Below the pieces are notes generated by a model. The model worked only from the letters and a program-made list of their open reading frames with translations. It searched no databases and was not told where the DNA came from. The position numbers and the translations under genes were made by a program. This document shows positions 8,402 through 16,879 of a stretch of DNA of 34,595 nt, piece after piece. The stretch is from an uncultured bacterium (GTDB taxonomy: Bacteria > Actinomycetota > Acidimicrobiia > Spongiisociales > UBA11373). Numbering within the stretch: position 1 is the first letter of the stretch; the number at the start of each line of letters is the position of its first letter. Location: the NCBI GenBank assembly GCA_965370535.1, contig CBDUUY010000001.1, positions 1 through 34,595 on the forward strand, given 5' to 3'.

Positions 8402-8584
8402 ATGCTCGTCGCAGCCCTTGCCCCGTTGATCCTTGCGGTCGTCGCATTCATGGCGTACTGCCTGCGAGACCTGTTCCACTCACCGGTGGAACCGCCCGCC
8501 CGTTGGTGGTGGGCCGCATTCATCGTGTTGAGCATCCCATTGGGCGGCATCGTCTGGCTGCTGGCGGGCAGATCACGGACGTGA
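8402..8584 (+). CDS. PLDc_N-domain small membrane protein (2 TM)
   Basis: 60 aa, MLVAALAPLILAVVAFMAYCLRDL...WWWAAFIVLSIPLGGIVWLLAGRSRT. Its stop overlaps the GTG of the next gene (GTGA). Confidence 0.6.
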   Translation: MLVAALAPLILAVVAFMAYCLRDLFHSPVEPPARWWWAAFIVLSIPLGGIVWLLAGRSRT

Positions 8585-9459
8585 TCACCACCACAGATCT
8601 CGTCAAGCGTTACGACGGGATAGATGCCCTCGCCGGCGTCTCCCTCATCGTTCCCGCAGGCAGCGTGTTCGGTCTGGTCGGGCCAAACGGCGCAGGCAAG
8701 ACCACCCTGCTGTCGATCCTCGCCGGCCTGCGGGCGCCTACCTCCGGCACCGTGTCCATCGCCGCAGACCACACCCGGATAGCGGTGCTGCCCGACACTC
8801 CCCGGTTCGACCCATGGCTGACCGGGAGGGAGGTCGTCGAGTTGGCCGGTGCCCTCACGTCTTCCGACATCGGGCCGGATGCCATCGATCGGGTGATCGG
8901 CCAGGCCGGGTTGTCCGATGCCTCCGACCGGCGGGTCGGCGGGTATTCCCGGGGCATGCTGCAGCGACTCGGGGTGGCCGCCACCGTGGTCGGGAATCCC
9001 GAGGTGATGATCCTGGATGAACCGGCCTCGGCACTCGATCCGGCGGGCAGGCGGGATGTTCTCGACCTCGTCAGAAGGGCGAGGGGCCGGGCCACCGTCG
9101 TCTTTTCCAGCCACATCCTCACCGACGTACAGGAGGTCAGCGACCGTCTCGGCATTCTCCACGAGGGGCAACTCCTCTTCCAGGGTCCCGCCGAGGATCT
9201 GATGGCCGGGCGGGCCGGGCCCGCCTATCTGGTTCGTTTCCGGCGGGGCAGGGATTCCGCAGTGCCGGCCCTGGAAGGCGAGCCGTGGGTGGACTCGGTG
9301 GAGTTACGCGGTGACCAGGATCTGCTGGTGAGGATCGTCTCGCTCGGGGAGGCCGAGCGGCGTCTCGTGGGGGTCCTCGGCGGGATCGACGTCTCCGTCA
9401 TCTCGATCCGACCCGAGGCGCCAAGCCTCGAAGATGTGTTCCTGGAGGTCATCTCATGA
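8581..9459 (+). CDS. ABC transporter ATP-binding protein (ABC-2/DrrA-like)
   Basis: The GTG 8581 start is chosen from the GTGA overlap. It has Walker A GPNGAGKTT, signature YSRGMLQRL and Walker B VMILDEP. Confidence 0.85.
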   Translation: MITTTDLVKRYDGIDALAGVSLIVPAGSVFGLVGPNGAGKTTLLSILAGLRAPTSGTVSIAADHTRIAVLPDTPRFDPWLTGREVVELAGALTSSDIGPDAIDRVIGQAGLSDASDRRVGGYSRGMLQRLGVAATVVGNPEVMILDEPASALDPAGRRDVLDLVRRARGRATVVFSSHILTDVQEVSDRLGILHEGQLLFQGPAEDLMAGRAGPAYLVRFRRGRDSAVPALEGEPWVDSVELRGDQDLLVRIVSLGEAERRLVGVLGGIDVSVISIRPEAPSLEDVFLEVIS

Positions 9460-10205
9460 ACCTCTGGAGGCTCGAATGGCTGCGGCTGATCAGAACCAGG
9501 AGACTGATCGCCCTGATCGGCGCCTACGCCTTCTTTGGATTTGTGGGCCCACTCACCGCCCGCTACCTGTCGGCGATCATCGATCGCTTCGGGGGCGATG
9601 AGATCCAGGTGGTGGTGCCCGATCCGGTACCCGTCGACGGAATCGCCCAGTTCGCAGGCAACATCTACCCCATCGGCCTGCTGGTGGCCGTGGTCGTCGC
9701 TGCCGGTGCCCTCACCCCCGGTGCTCTGCCGGAGATGGCGATCTTCCTACGCACCAGGGTCACCTCGGCGGTGCGGTTGGTGATCCCCCGGTTCACCGTG
9801 GCGCTCGCCGCAGCCGCGGCCGCCTACGTCATCGGCGTTGGGATCGCCTGGTACGAGACGGCCGTGTTGATCGGTGCACTGCCGGCGGGAGGCCTTCTCC
9901 TCGGCGCCCTGTTCGGCATCCTCTACCTGGCGTTCGCCGTGGCGGTGGCGGCTGCCATCGGGAGCAGCCTCGAGAGCGTGCTGGGCACGGTGATGGGGTC
10001 TCTGCTGGTGTTGCTGCTCCTCCCTATCGTCGGGATCGCCGATGCGGTGGGGCGGTGGCTGCCCAGCCATCTGGTCGGAGCCCAGGTGGGCCTGGTGATG
10101 GACGGAGCGGTCGGCGACTACCTCGGGTCGGCCCTGGTCACCGTGATCCACATCGGCCTGCTGCTGACCGCCGCGGTGCACCGGGCGGGGGCCAGGGAGT
10201 TGTGA
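9456..10205 (+). CDS. ABC-2 type transporter permease
   Basis: 249 aa and polytopic. It has an ATGA overlap with the preceding ATPase. Confidence 0.7.
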   Translation: MNLWRLEWLRLIRTRRLIALIGAYAFFGFVGPLTARYLSAIIDRFGGDEIQVVVPDPVPVDGIAQFAGNIYPIGLLVAVVVAAGALTPGALPEMAIFLRTRVTSAVRLVIPRFTVALAAAAAAYVIGVGIAWYETAVLIGALPAGGLLLGALFGILYLAFAVAVAAAIGSSLESVLGTVMGSLLVLLLLPIVGIADAVGRWLPSHLVGAQVGLVMDGAVGDYLGSALVTVIHIGLLLTAAVHRAGAREL

Positions 10206-10212
10206 GACGAGG

Positions 10213-10239
10213 CCCCGCCGGAGAGGTGGTCCGGCGGGG
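10213..10239 (+). terminator. strong GC hairpin after the permease stop, a probable terminator separating the two ABC-2 systems
   Basis: CCCCGCCGGA (10213-10222) pairs with TCCGGCGGGG (10230-10239), giving a 10-bp stem and a 7-nt loop. There is no U-tract. Confidence 0.55.
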
Positions 10240-10333
10240 TCGATCGGTGAGCCGGAGGGGCCGGACGACCCTACGCCCCGGTGGTCTCCCGGACCAGACT
10301 GGCTGTAGAAACGTCCGCTGAATGGAGGCATCC

Positions 10334-11197
10334 ATGAGCAGCGCCGCCATCGCCGTCGCCGACCTGTCCTTCTCCTACGGAAACGACAAGGCCGTCGATG
10401 CGGTGTCCTTCGAGGTCCAGTCGGGCGAGATCCTCGGATTCCTGGGACCCAACGGGGCGGGGAAATCCACGACCATCAAGATGCTGACCGGGCAGTTGCC
10501 ACCCGATAACGGATCGATCGAGATCCTCGGCCTGCCGATGCCGGCCCGCCGCGAGGAGATCCAGGGGCGCATAGGGGTGTGCTTCGAGGAGAAGAACCTC
10601 TACACCGCCATGACGGCCGAGGAGAACCTCAGGTTCTTCGGCAGTCTCTACGGCCTCGACGACCTCGACGTCGCCGGCTTGCTGGAGCGGGTCGGTCTTG
10701 CCGACAGGCGCAAGGACAGGGTCGCCGACTACTCCAAGGGAATGCGGCAGCGGCTGATGATGGCGCGGGCCCTGGTGAATACGCCCGATGTGCTGTTCCT
10801 CGACGAACCGACCGACGGTCTCGACCCGGTATCGGCGCGTGCCATCCGGGCGATGATCGAGGCCGAGGCCGCCAGGGGGGCGGCGGTGCTGCTGACCACC
10901 CACGACATGCATGAGGCCGATTCGCTGTCGGATCGAGTGGCGTTCATCAACTCCGGCGAGATCCTGGCGTTGGACGCCCCCGAGGCGCTGAAACTGGCGC
11001 TCGGCAAACGGAGGGTGAAGATTCGTCATCGGGTGGGCGGCGAGATCCGGGAGGTGATCGTCGAACTGGATCAGGAGGGTTCCGAGGATCGGGTGCGGGA
11101 GGCGGTGGCCGGGGATGATCTCCTCACCATCCACACCGAGGAGGCCACTCTCGAGGACGTCTTCGTGACGTTTGCAGGGAGGCGGTTGGAGGGATGA
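10334..11197 (+). CDS. ABC transporter ATP-binding protein (ABC-2 type)
   Basis: It has Walker A GPNGAGKST, signature YSKGMRQRL and Walker B VLFLDEP. I prefer ATG 10334 (GGAGG 10324-10328, 5-nt spacer) over the track start 10322. Confidence 0.85.
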   Translation: MSSAAIAVADLSFSYGNDKAVDAVSFEVQSGEILGFLGPNGAGKSTTIKMLTGQLPPDNGSIEILGLPMPARREEIQGRIGVCFEEKNLYTAMTAEENLRFFGSLYGLDDLDVAGLLERVGLADRRKDRVADYSKGMRQRLMMARALVNTPDVLFLDEPTDGLDPVSARAIRAMIEAEAARGAAVLLTTHDMHEADSLSDRVAFINSGEILALDAPEALKLALGKRRVKIRHRVGGEIREVIVELDQEGSEDRVREAVAGDDLLTIHTEEATLEDVFVTFAGRRLEG

Positions 11198-12267
11198 CAC
11201 CCCGGGTCGTCGCCGTCATCCTGCGCAAGGACCTGCGGTCCTTCGGGCGGGATCGCTTCTTCCTCTACATGACCATCCTGGGCCTGGTGGCCTATGCGGT
11301 CATGTACTTCCTGATGCCGTCGTCGGTGGACGAGACGATCACGCTGGGTGTGCACCAGAGTGGAATGGAGTCGATTGCCGATTCCATCGGCACAAGTCCC
11401 GGCCTCGACATGATCGAATACGACACCCGTGAGGCTCTCGCCGAAGCGGTGCAGGACGGCGGGGGCCCGGTCGCCGGTTTGTCGTTCCCCGATGGATTCG
11501 CCGAAGCTCTCCAGGGTGGCGAACCGGTCACCGTGGAGATCCTGGTTCCGGCCGGCATGCCCGGCGAGATCGGGTACCTCGTGGAGGGAATGGTCGATCA
11601 GATCGCAGCGGCCGTCTCCGGGGAGACGGCCGCCGTCACCCCCATGATCGAGATCGTCGTCCTCGGCACCGATCGTGTAGGCAACCAGGTGTCGCTTCGG
11701 GAGCAGATGCGCCCGCTGCTGGCCTTCATGATCCTCATGGTGGAGACACTGGCACTCGCGTCGCTGGTGGCCTCCGAAGTGCAGGCCAAGACCGTGGTGG
11801 CGGTGCTGGCCACGCCGGCCACCTTCGTGGACTTCCTGGCGGCCAAGAGCATCTTCGGTACCGCACTCGCCTTCTCCGAGGCCGGACTGTTGATGGCGGT
11901 GATCGGCGGGCTGTCGGCCAATCCTCCCCTGATCCTCTTCTCCCTGTTGCTGGGGGCCGTCCTGGTGACGGGCCTCGGCATGGTGGCCGGGTCGTTCGGC
12001 CGCGACTTCATGAGCGTGCTGTTCATCAGCATGGTCTTCATGCTCCCGCTGATGATTCCGGCGTTCGGTGTGCTGTTTCCCGGGTCACCCGCCCTCTGGG
12101 TGAAGGCGCTGCCGTCGTTTGGCCTCGTCGATGCCATCGTCGGGGTCACCACCAACGGTGAGGGCTGGTCCGATGTGGCTCCCTCCCTGCTGATGCTGGC
12201 CGGTTGGTGTGTGGTGTTGTTCGGCGCCGGTATCGTGACCCTGCGAAGAAGGGTGGCTGCACTGTGA
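11194..12267 (+). CDS. ABC-2 transporter permease, paralogue 1
   Basis: 357 aa, made of an N-terminal TM helix, a large extracytoplasmic loop and a C-terminal TM bundle. It has an ATGA overlap with the ATPase. Confidence 0.75.
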   Translation: MTPRVVAVILRKDLRSFGRDRFFLYMTILGLVAYAVMYFLMPSSVDETITLGVHQSGMESIADSIGTSPGLDMIEYDTREALAEAVQDGGGPVAGLSFPDGFAEALQGGEPVTVEILVPAGMPGEIGYLVEGMVDQIAAAVSGETAAVTPMIEIVVLGTDRVGNQVSLREQMRPLLAFMILMVETLALASLVASEVQAKTVVAVLATPATFVDFLAAKSIFGTALAFSEAGLLMAVIGGLSANPPLILFSLLLGAVLVTGLGMVAGSFGRDFMSVLFISMVFMLPLMIPAFGVLFPGSPALWVKALPSFGLVDAIVGVTTNGEGWSDVAPSLLMLAGWCVVLFGAGIVTLRRRVAAL

Positions 12268-13334
12268 CACCTCTCTCCACCTGGCGGCTGATCGTCAAGG
12301 ACCTGCGCCTCGGTCCCAGGTCGCCGGTGTTTCTGTATTCGATCGCACTCCCGATCGTGATGACGCTGCTGATCGCCGGGGTGTTCGGGAGCCTGTTCGA
12401 ACCGGCGCCCCGCCTCGCCATCGCCGACCTGGGCGATTCGCAGATCGCTTCGGCGGCACTGGAGTTGCAGGGGGTGGAGGTGACCGTGGTGCCCGATGCC
12501 GCCGTGTTGCTTTTGAGGGTGGAGGCCCACGATTTCGATGCCGGCCTGGTCCTTCCCGCCGGGTTCGACCCGGCAGTTGCAGCAGGTGAGGATCCGGAAG
12601 CCTTGCTCTACATGTCGGGATCCTCCCTGGCAGGCACCAGGTTGGTGCTGGTGTCGGTGGTGGCCGACCTGATCGACGGGGTGACCGGGGCAGTACCTGC
12701 GGTGGATGTGGTGGTCACCCGGATCGGGGATGAGGACTTCGTGCCCATCGGCGATCGTCTGGTCCCGATGATGGTGTTCTACGCGGCCATGGTCGCCGGG
12801 TTGTTCCTGCCCGCCGCATCGCTGCTGGAGGAAAGGGAGAGCGGCACCATCGATGCCCTGCTGGTGAGTCCGGTGCGGATGGGCGACGTGCTGGTGGCCA
12901 AGGGGGCGGTGGCCACAGGGTTGGCCACGACGATGGCGATGGTGACGTTGGGCCTCAACGGCGCCTTTGGGGGAAGGCCGTTCCTGCTGCTGCTGATCCT
13001 GGGGATCGGCTCGGCGATGCTTGCCGAGTTCGGCCTGGTGCTCGGAATGTGGGCCAAGGATGCCAACACCCTGTTCACCACCATCAAGGGCGGCGGCATC
13101 TTCATCTTCCTGCCGGTGATCTTCACGATCTGGCCGAATCTCCCTCAGTGGATCCCCCGGCTGGCACCCACCTACTACTTCCTCAACCCGGTCTACGAGG
13201 TGGGGGTGCTGGGGGCGGGGCCCGGCGACGTGTGGGTGGACATCGTGGTGGCGGTGGCGATCTGCTTGGTGATGGCGCCGCTGGTCATCGCCTACGGGCG
13301 GCGGGTCGAGCGGCGTCTGGCGATCGCTCTCTAG
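12264..13334 (+). CDS. ABC-2 transporter permease, paralogue 2
   Basis: The GTG 12264 start is chosen from the GTGA overlap with the previous stop. It has the same architecture as 11194-12267. Confidence 0.7.
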   Translation: MTPLSTWRLIVKDLRLGPRSPVFLYSIALPIVMTLLIAGVFGSLFEPAPRLAIADLGDSQIASAALELQGVEVTVVPDAAVLLLRVEAHDFDAGLVLPAGFDPAVAAGEDPEALLYMSGSSLAGTRLVLVSVVADLIDGVTGAVPAVDVVVTRIGDEDFVPIGDRLVPMMVFYAAMVAGLFLPAASLLEERESGTIDALLVSPVRMGDVLVAKGAVATGLATTMAMVTLGLNGAFGGRPFLLLLILGIGSAMLAEFGLVLGMWAKDANTLFTTIKGGGIFIFLPVIFTIWPNLPQWIPRLAPTYYFLNPVYEVGVLGAGPGDVWVDIVVAVAICLVMAPLVIAYGRRVERRLAIAL

Positions 13335-13539
13335 GAGCAGAACCGAGATGCATCGGCCGGACCGAGGGGGTGAATCGCTGCCCGGGATGAGGCCGTAGCC
13401 GTACCCGGATGTGGGCGACCGTCGATGTGGATTGATCGGAATCCCGGTCCACGGCAACCCGTCCCCAACACGGCTTGGCACACGGATTCGGGCACTTCAG
13501 GAGCGGCTACATTCATGGGCTATCTGAAAGGAGTTGCCA

Positions 13540-14931
13540 ATGAAGGCTCGACTCACAATTCTCCTACTGGCGCTCACCCTCGTTGCTGCTGCATGCGGCG
13601 ATGATGATGCCGAAACCACCGAAGCGACGACAGCGACGACAGCAGCGGCGACGACGACCGCGGCGACTACGGATTCGACCGAAGCGACGACAGCGACGAC
13701 CGCAGCGCCGCCGACGACCGAGGCTCCGGACCCGGTGACCATCCAGGTCTTCTACCCGGTGGCGGTCGATGCACCCATCGCCGCGATCCTGGACGGCTAC
13801 GTTGCCGAGTTCCAGGCAGAGAACCCCGAGATCACGGTCGAACCCGTGTTCTCCGGCGGATACGGCGACGTGAAGACGGCGATCCAGACGACCGTGGAAG
13901 GCGGAGGCCAACCGCCTGCGCTCGGCCTGATGCTCGCCGCCGACATGAATGACCTGGCCAACTCTGGGCTCATCGTTCCGCTCGACGATTTCATCGCCGG
14001 CAGCGCCGACGGCGGCGCCTTCCTGAATGACTTCTTCCCTGCGTTCATGGAGAACTCGCGTGCGGCCGGCCAGACCTGGGGCATCCCGTTCCAGCGCAGC
14101 GTGGTCCTCATGTACTACAACATCGACGCACTGGCCGCAGCCGGCCTCGGCGTGCCGACGAGTTGGGACGAACTGGGCACCGCGGCCGGAGCGTTGACCG
14201 AGGGAGAGAACTGGGGCATCCAATGGCCGTCGGGATGGCCGTATTGGACCTTCCAGCCGCTCCCCATCGGCAACGGCCAGAACATCGTCGGTGACAGCGA
14301 CACAGAGGTGTTCTTCGACCACCCGAGCGTCATCGAGGCCGTGCAGTTCTACATCGACCTGTCGGCCGTTTACGGCGCGACCCCCGCCGGCGTGCAGGGT
14401 GTGTGGGCGACGGCCCCGACCGATTTCGCCAGCGGCACGACCGCGTTCATCGTCCATTCGAGCGGAAGCCTCCCGGGCATCCTGGAGCAGGCCGACTTCG
14501 AGGTCGGAGTCATGGCAATTCCCGGCAAGGAAGCCGGAACCTATGGGACGGTCGTCGGCGGCGGCAACTTCTACATCATGGAAGGCGCCCCGCAGGCCGA
14601 ACAGGAAGCCGCCTGGAAGTTCATCGAGTTCCTCGCTGATGTCGACCGCACGGCCGACTTCAGCGTCCAGACCGGCTACATCGCAGCACGCCAGAGTGCC
14701 TACGACTCTGCCGCAATGCAGGCTCATATCGCAGAGGTTCCGCAGGCCGGAGAGGCACGAGATGCACTCCAGTATGCGGGAGCCGAGTTTGCGATCCAGA
14801 ACCTCGGGGAGATCAGGAATATCTTCCACGACTATCTGCAGCGTGCCTACAACGGCGAGATGACGGCTGCCGAGGCGATGGCTGCAGCGCAGCTGGCCGC
14901 AGACACGGCCCTCGAACCGTTCCTTCCGTAA
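13540..14931 (+). CDS. carbohydrate ABC transporter substrate-binding lipoprotein (solute-binding family 1)
   Basis: Start is ATG 13540, 6 nt after GAAAGGAG. The lipobox is LVAAAC|GDDD, followed by a Thr/Ala-rich linker and then a typical sugar-SBP body. Confidence 0.85.
   Translation: MKARLTILLLALTLVAAACGDDDAETTEATTATTAAATTTAATTDSTEATTATTAAPPTTEAPDPVTIQVFYPVAVDAPIAAILDGYVAEFQAENPEITVEPVFSGGYGDVKTAIQTTVEGGGQPPALGLMLAADMNDLANSGLIVPLDDFIAGSADGGAFLNDFFPAFMENSRAAGQTWGIPFQRSVVLMYYNIDALAAAGLGVPTSWDELGTAAGALTEGENWGIQWPSGWPYWTFQPLPIGNGQNIVGDSDTEVFFDHPSVIEAVQFYIDLSAVYGATPAGVQGVWATAPTDFASGTTAFIVHSSGSLPGILEQADFEVGVMAIPGKEAGTYGTVVGGGNFYIMEGAPQAEQEAAWKFIEFLADVDRTADFSVQTGYIAARQSAYDSAAMQAHIAEVPQAGEARDALQYAGAEFAIQNLGEIRNIFHDYLQRAYNGEMTAAEAMAAAQLAADTALEPFLP
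13618..13707 (+). repeat. in-frame direct repeat with a 60-nt period inside the SBP linker
   Basis: ACCGAAGCGACGACAGCGACGAC is identical at 13618-13640 and 13678-13700, and the match extends to 30 nt with 1 mismatch. Each copy encodes TEATTATTAA. Confidence 0.6.
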
Positions 14932-14944
14932 CCAAACTCCAGGA

Positions 14945-14975
14945 GGGCGGGGCCTGCACTCGTGCGGCCCCGCCC
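14945..14975 (+). other. intercistronic GC stem-loop between the SBP and first permease genes
   Basis: GGGCGGGGCC (14945-14954) pairs with GGCCCCGCCC (14966-14975) across an 11-nt loop. The only usable permease start, GTG 14962, lies inside the loop/3' arm. Confidence 0.45.
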
Positions 14976-15924
14976 GCCACCCACAAACCCGAGGACGGCC
15001 AGCACCCCTGAGTCGAATGAAGAGGACCGCCGGCGACGGCGTCGCCGGCGGCCATTTCTGCGCCCGTTCTTGTTGCTGTTTCCCACCCTGGTCTTCGTCG
15101 CCGCCTTTACCGCATGGCCGACGATTCTGGCGACCTATCAGAGTTTCTTCCGGCAGCGGCTCAACATCCTCCAGTTCCGCGAGCCGACATTCGTCGGCCT
15201 CGAGAACTACCAGGACCTGCTGACGGACGACGTGTTCCTCAGGGTCCTGAAGAACACATTCCTGTATGTGCTCGGGACCGTCCCGATCAGCATCTTCCTG
15301 GCCTTCCTCTTTGCGATGATGGTCAACCGCAAGATTCGCAGCGTCGGGTTGGCGCGTCTCGCCTTCTTCTATCCGACCATGATGCCGCTGGTCTCGGCGG
15401 CGACCATTTGGCTGTTCTTCTTCACACCCAACTACGGCCTCTTCAACTGGGCCCTCCGTCTCGTCGGGTACGACGGAGCTCAGAACTGGACGGGCAATCC
15501 GGATCTTGCACTCATCACCATCATGATCGTGATGATCTGGAAGAACGCCGGGTTCTTCATGATCTTCTATCTCGCAGGGCTCCAGGGACTCCCCAGCGAT
15601 GTGTTCGACGCGGCAGCGATCGACGGGGCCAACTCGTGGCAGACACTCACGCGCATCACTTTCCCCCTGCTCCGGCGCACGACGCTCTTCATCTCGACGA
15701 TCGCCTTCATCGGGGCTTTCCGCGAGGTGGACCACATCTTCGTGTTGACCAAAGGAGGCCCCAGCAACGCGAGCAACCTGCTCCTCTACCACCTGTGGCA
15801 CGTCCGCTTCGAACTCTCCAACGTGGGTCAAGCAGCGGCGATAACTGTGATCCTCGTCGTGGTGCTGCTCGTCTTCACGGTGTCCAACTTCCTGATCTCG
15901 GAACGGAAGTCTGCCGATGTCTGA
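14962..15924 (+). CDS. carbohydrate ABC transporter permease (MalF/UgpA-like)
   Basis: 320 aa with an Arg-rich N-terminus followed by TM helices. The EAA-type loop reads ..AAAIDGANSWQTLTRITFPLL... Confidence 0.85.
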   Translation: MRPRPPPTNPRTASTPESNEEDRRRRRRRRPFLRPFLLLFPTLVFVAAFTAWPTILATYQSFFRQRLNILQFREPTFVGLENYQDLLTDDVFLRVLKNTFLYVLGTVPISIFLAFLFAMMVNRKIRSVGLARLAFFYPTMMPLVSAATIWLFFFTPNYGLFNWALRLVGYDGAQNWTGNPDLALITIMIVMIWKNAGFFMIFYLAGLQGLPSDVFDAAAIDGANSWQTLTRITFPLLRRTTLFISTIAFIGAFREVDHIFVLTKGGPSNASNLLLYHLWHVRFELSNVGQAAAITVILVVVLLVFTVSNFLISERKSADV

Positions 15925-16768
15925 GACCCGGCGACTCCTTGGGTTGAAGTCCCGGCTGGGGGGCAGAGCGGCGACCGTCGTGACGATCGTCATCGCCCTC
16001 CTGTGGATCGTGCCGCTGTTGTGGGCGGTCATCGCATCGCTTCGCCCACCATCGGATCCCATGGGACCCGGCGATGTGTGGTTCTCGTTCCCGCTGACCT
16101 TCGACAACTACACCAAAGCACTCGACCTCGCCCCGTTCGGCCGGTACTTCGTCAACACCATCGTGATCGTCGGGATGATCCTCGGCGTGCAGTTCGTCAC
16201 CGCCACCCTCGCCGGGTTTGCCTTTGCTCACTACAACTTCCTGGGCAAACGGGCGTTCTTCGTCTTCATCCTGCTGCAACTGATGATCCCGACGACGGCC
16301 CTGCTCGCACCAAACTTCACGACCATTCGGCAACTGGGGTTGTTCGATACGAGGCTGGCGGTGGCCATCCCGTACTTCGGGACGGCGTTCGGCACCTTCC
16401 TCGTCCGCCAGGCATTCCTCGCGGTCCCACGTGACCTCGTCGATGCCGGGGTGATCGACGGGTGCAACTGGTGGCATCTGCTCCGCCACGTCTATCTTCC
16501 CCCGTCCGTGGCCACGTTTGTGGCGTTTGGGCTGTCGACGGCGAGCTTCCACTGGAGTGCATTCCTGTGGCCGCTCATCATCACCAACAGCGACAAGAGC
16601 CGCCCCCTCACCGCAGGTCTGGTGCGGTTCACCCAACTCGGGGAGATCGGGGCGCAGTGGTCGCTGTTATCCGCTGCGACGCTGCTGGTCATAGCGCCGC
16701 TGTTTGTCGTGTTCCTGGTCTTCCAACGCCGGTTCATCGAGAGCTTCATGCACTCGGGCATCAAATAG
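15917..16768 (+). CDS. carbohydrate ABC transporter permease (MalG/UgpE-like)
   Basis: 283 aa with an 8-nt overlap with the previous gene. The EAA-type loop reads ..DAGVIDGCNWWHLLRHVYLP... Confidence 0.85.
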   Translation: MSETRRLLGLKSRLGGRAATVVTIVIALLWIVPLLWAVIASLRPPSDPMGPGDVWFSFPLTFDNYTKALDLAPFGRYFVNTIVIVGMILGVQFVTATLAGFAFAHYNFLGKRAFFVFILLQLMIPTTALLAPNFTTIRQLGLFDTRLAVAIPYFGTAFGTFLVRQAFLAVPRDLVDAGVIDGCNWWHLLRHVYLPPSVATFVAFGLSTASFHWSAFLWPLIITNSDKSRPLTAGLVRFTQLGEIGAQWSLLSAATLLVIAPLFVVFLVFQRRFIESFMHSGIK

Positions 16769-16779
16769 CGGGCACCGTC

Positions 16780-16800
16780 ATCGGTCGGCAGACGGCCGAT
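16780..16800 (+). terminator. weak hairpin after the sugar ABC operon
   Basis: ATCGGTCG pairs with CGGCCGAT (8 bp including one G-U) across a 5-nt loop, 12 nt after the stop. There is no U-tract. Confidence 0.3.
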
Positions 16801-16879
16801 CACCGGGTTCGCCAGAAAGGACGGATCGATCTCTCCCCGGAACATCACCCGAATCCTGCGGCCGCTGTTCGATGGCCGA

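Noticed and set aside
13335-13539. 205-bp intergenic region upstream of the sugar ABC operon, examined for a riboswitch, an operator palindrome or a promoter
   Set aside because: It holds only short imperfect hairpins, and no convincing -35/-10 pair or known riboswitch core was recognisable.
13600-13730. Repetitive ACGAC/GCGAC-rich stretch that could be mistaken for a tandem-repeat locus or CRISPR-like array
   Set aside because: It is in-frame Thr/Ala codon repetition within the SBP linker. There are only two long copies and no spacer-repeat architecture.
13838-13853. SOS-box-like TCGAAC-CCGT-GTTCTC
   Set aside because: It lies inside the SBP coding sequence and has a degenerate right half (TC instead of GA). 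It is most likely a chance match of Glu/Pro/Val codons. A weaker TCGAACgagcGTTTGT inside ycaQ (about 19533) was rejected for the same reason.
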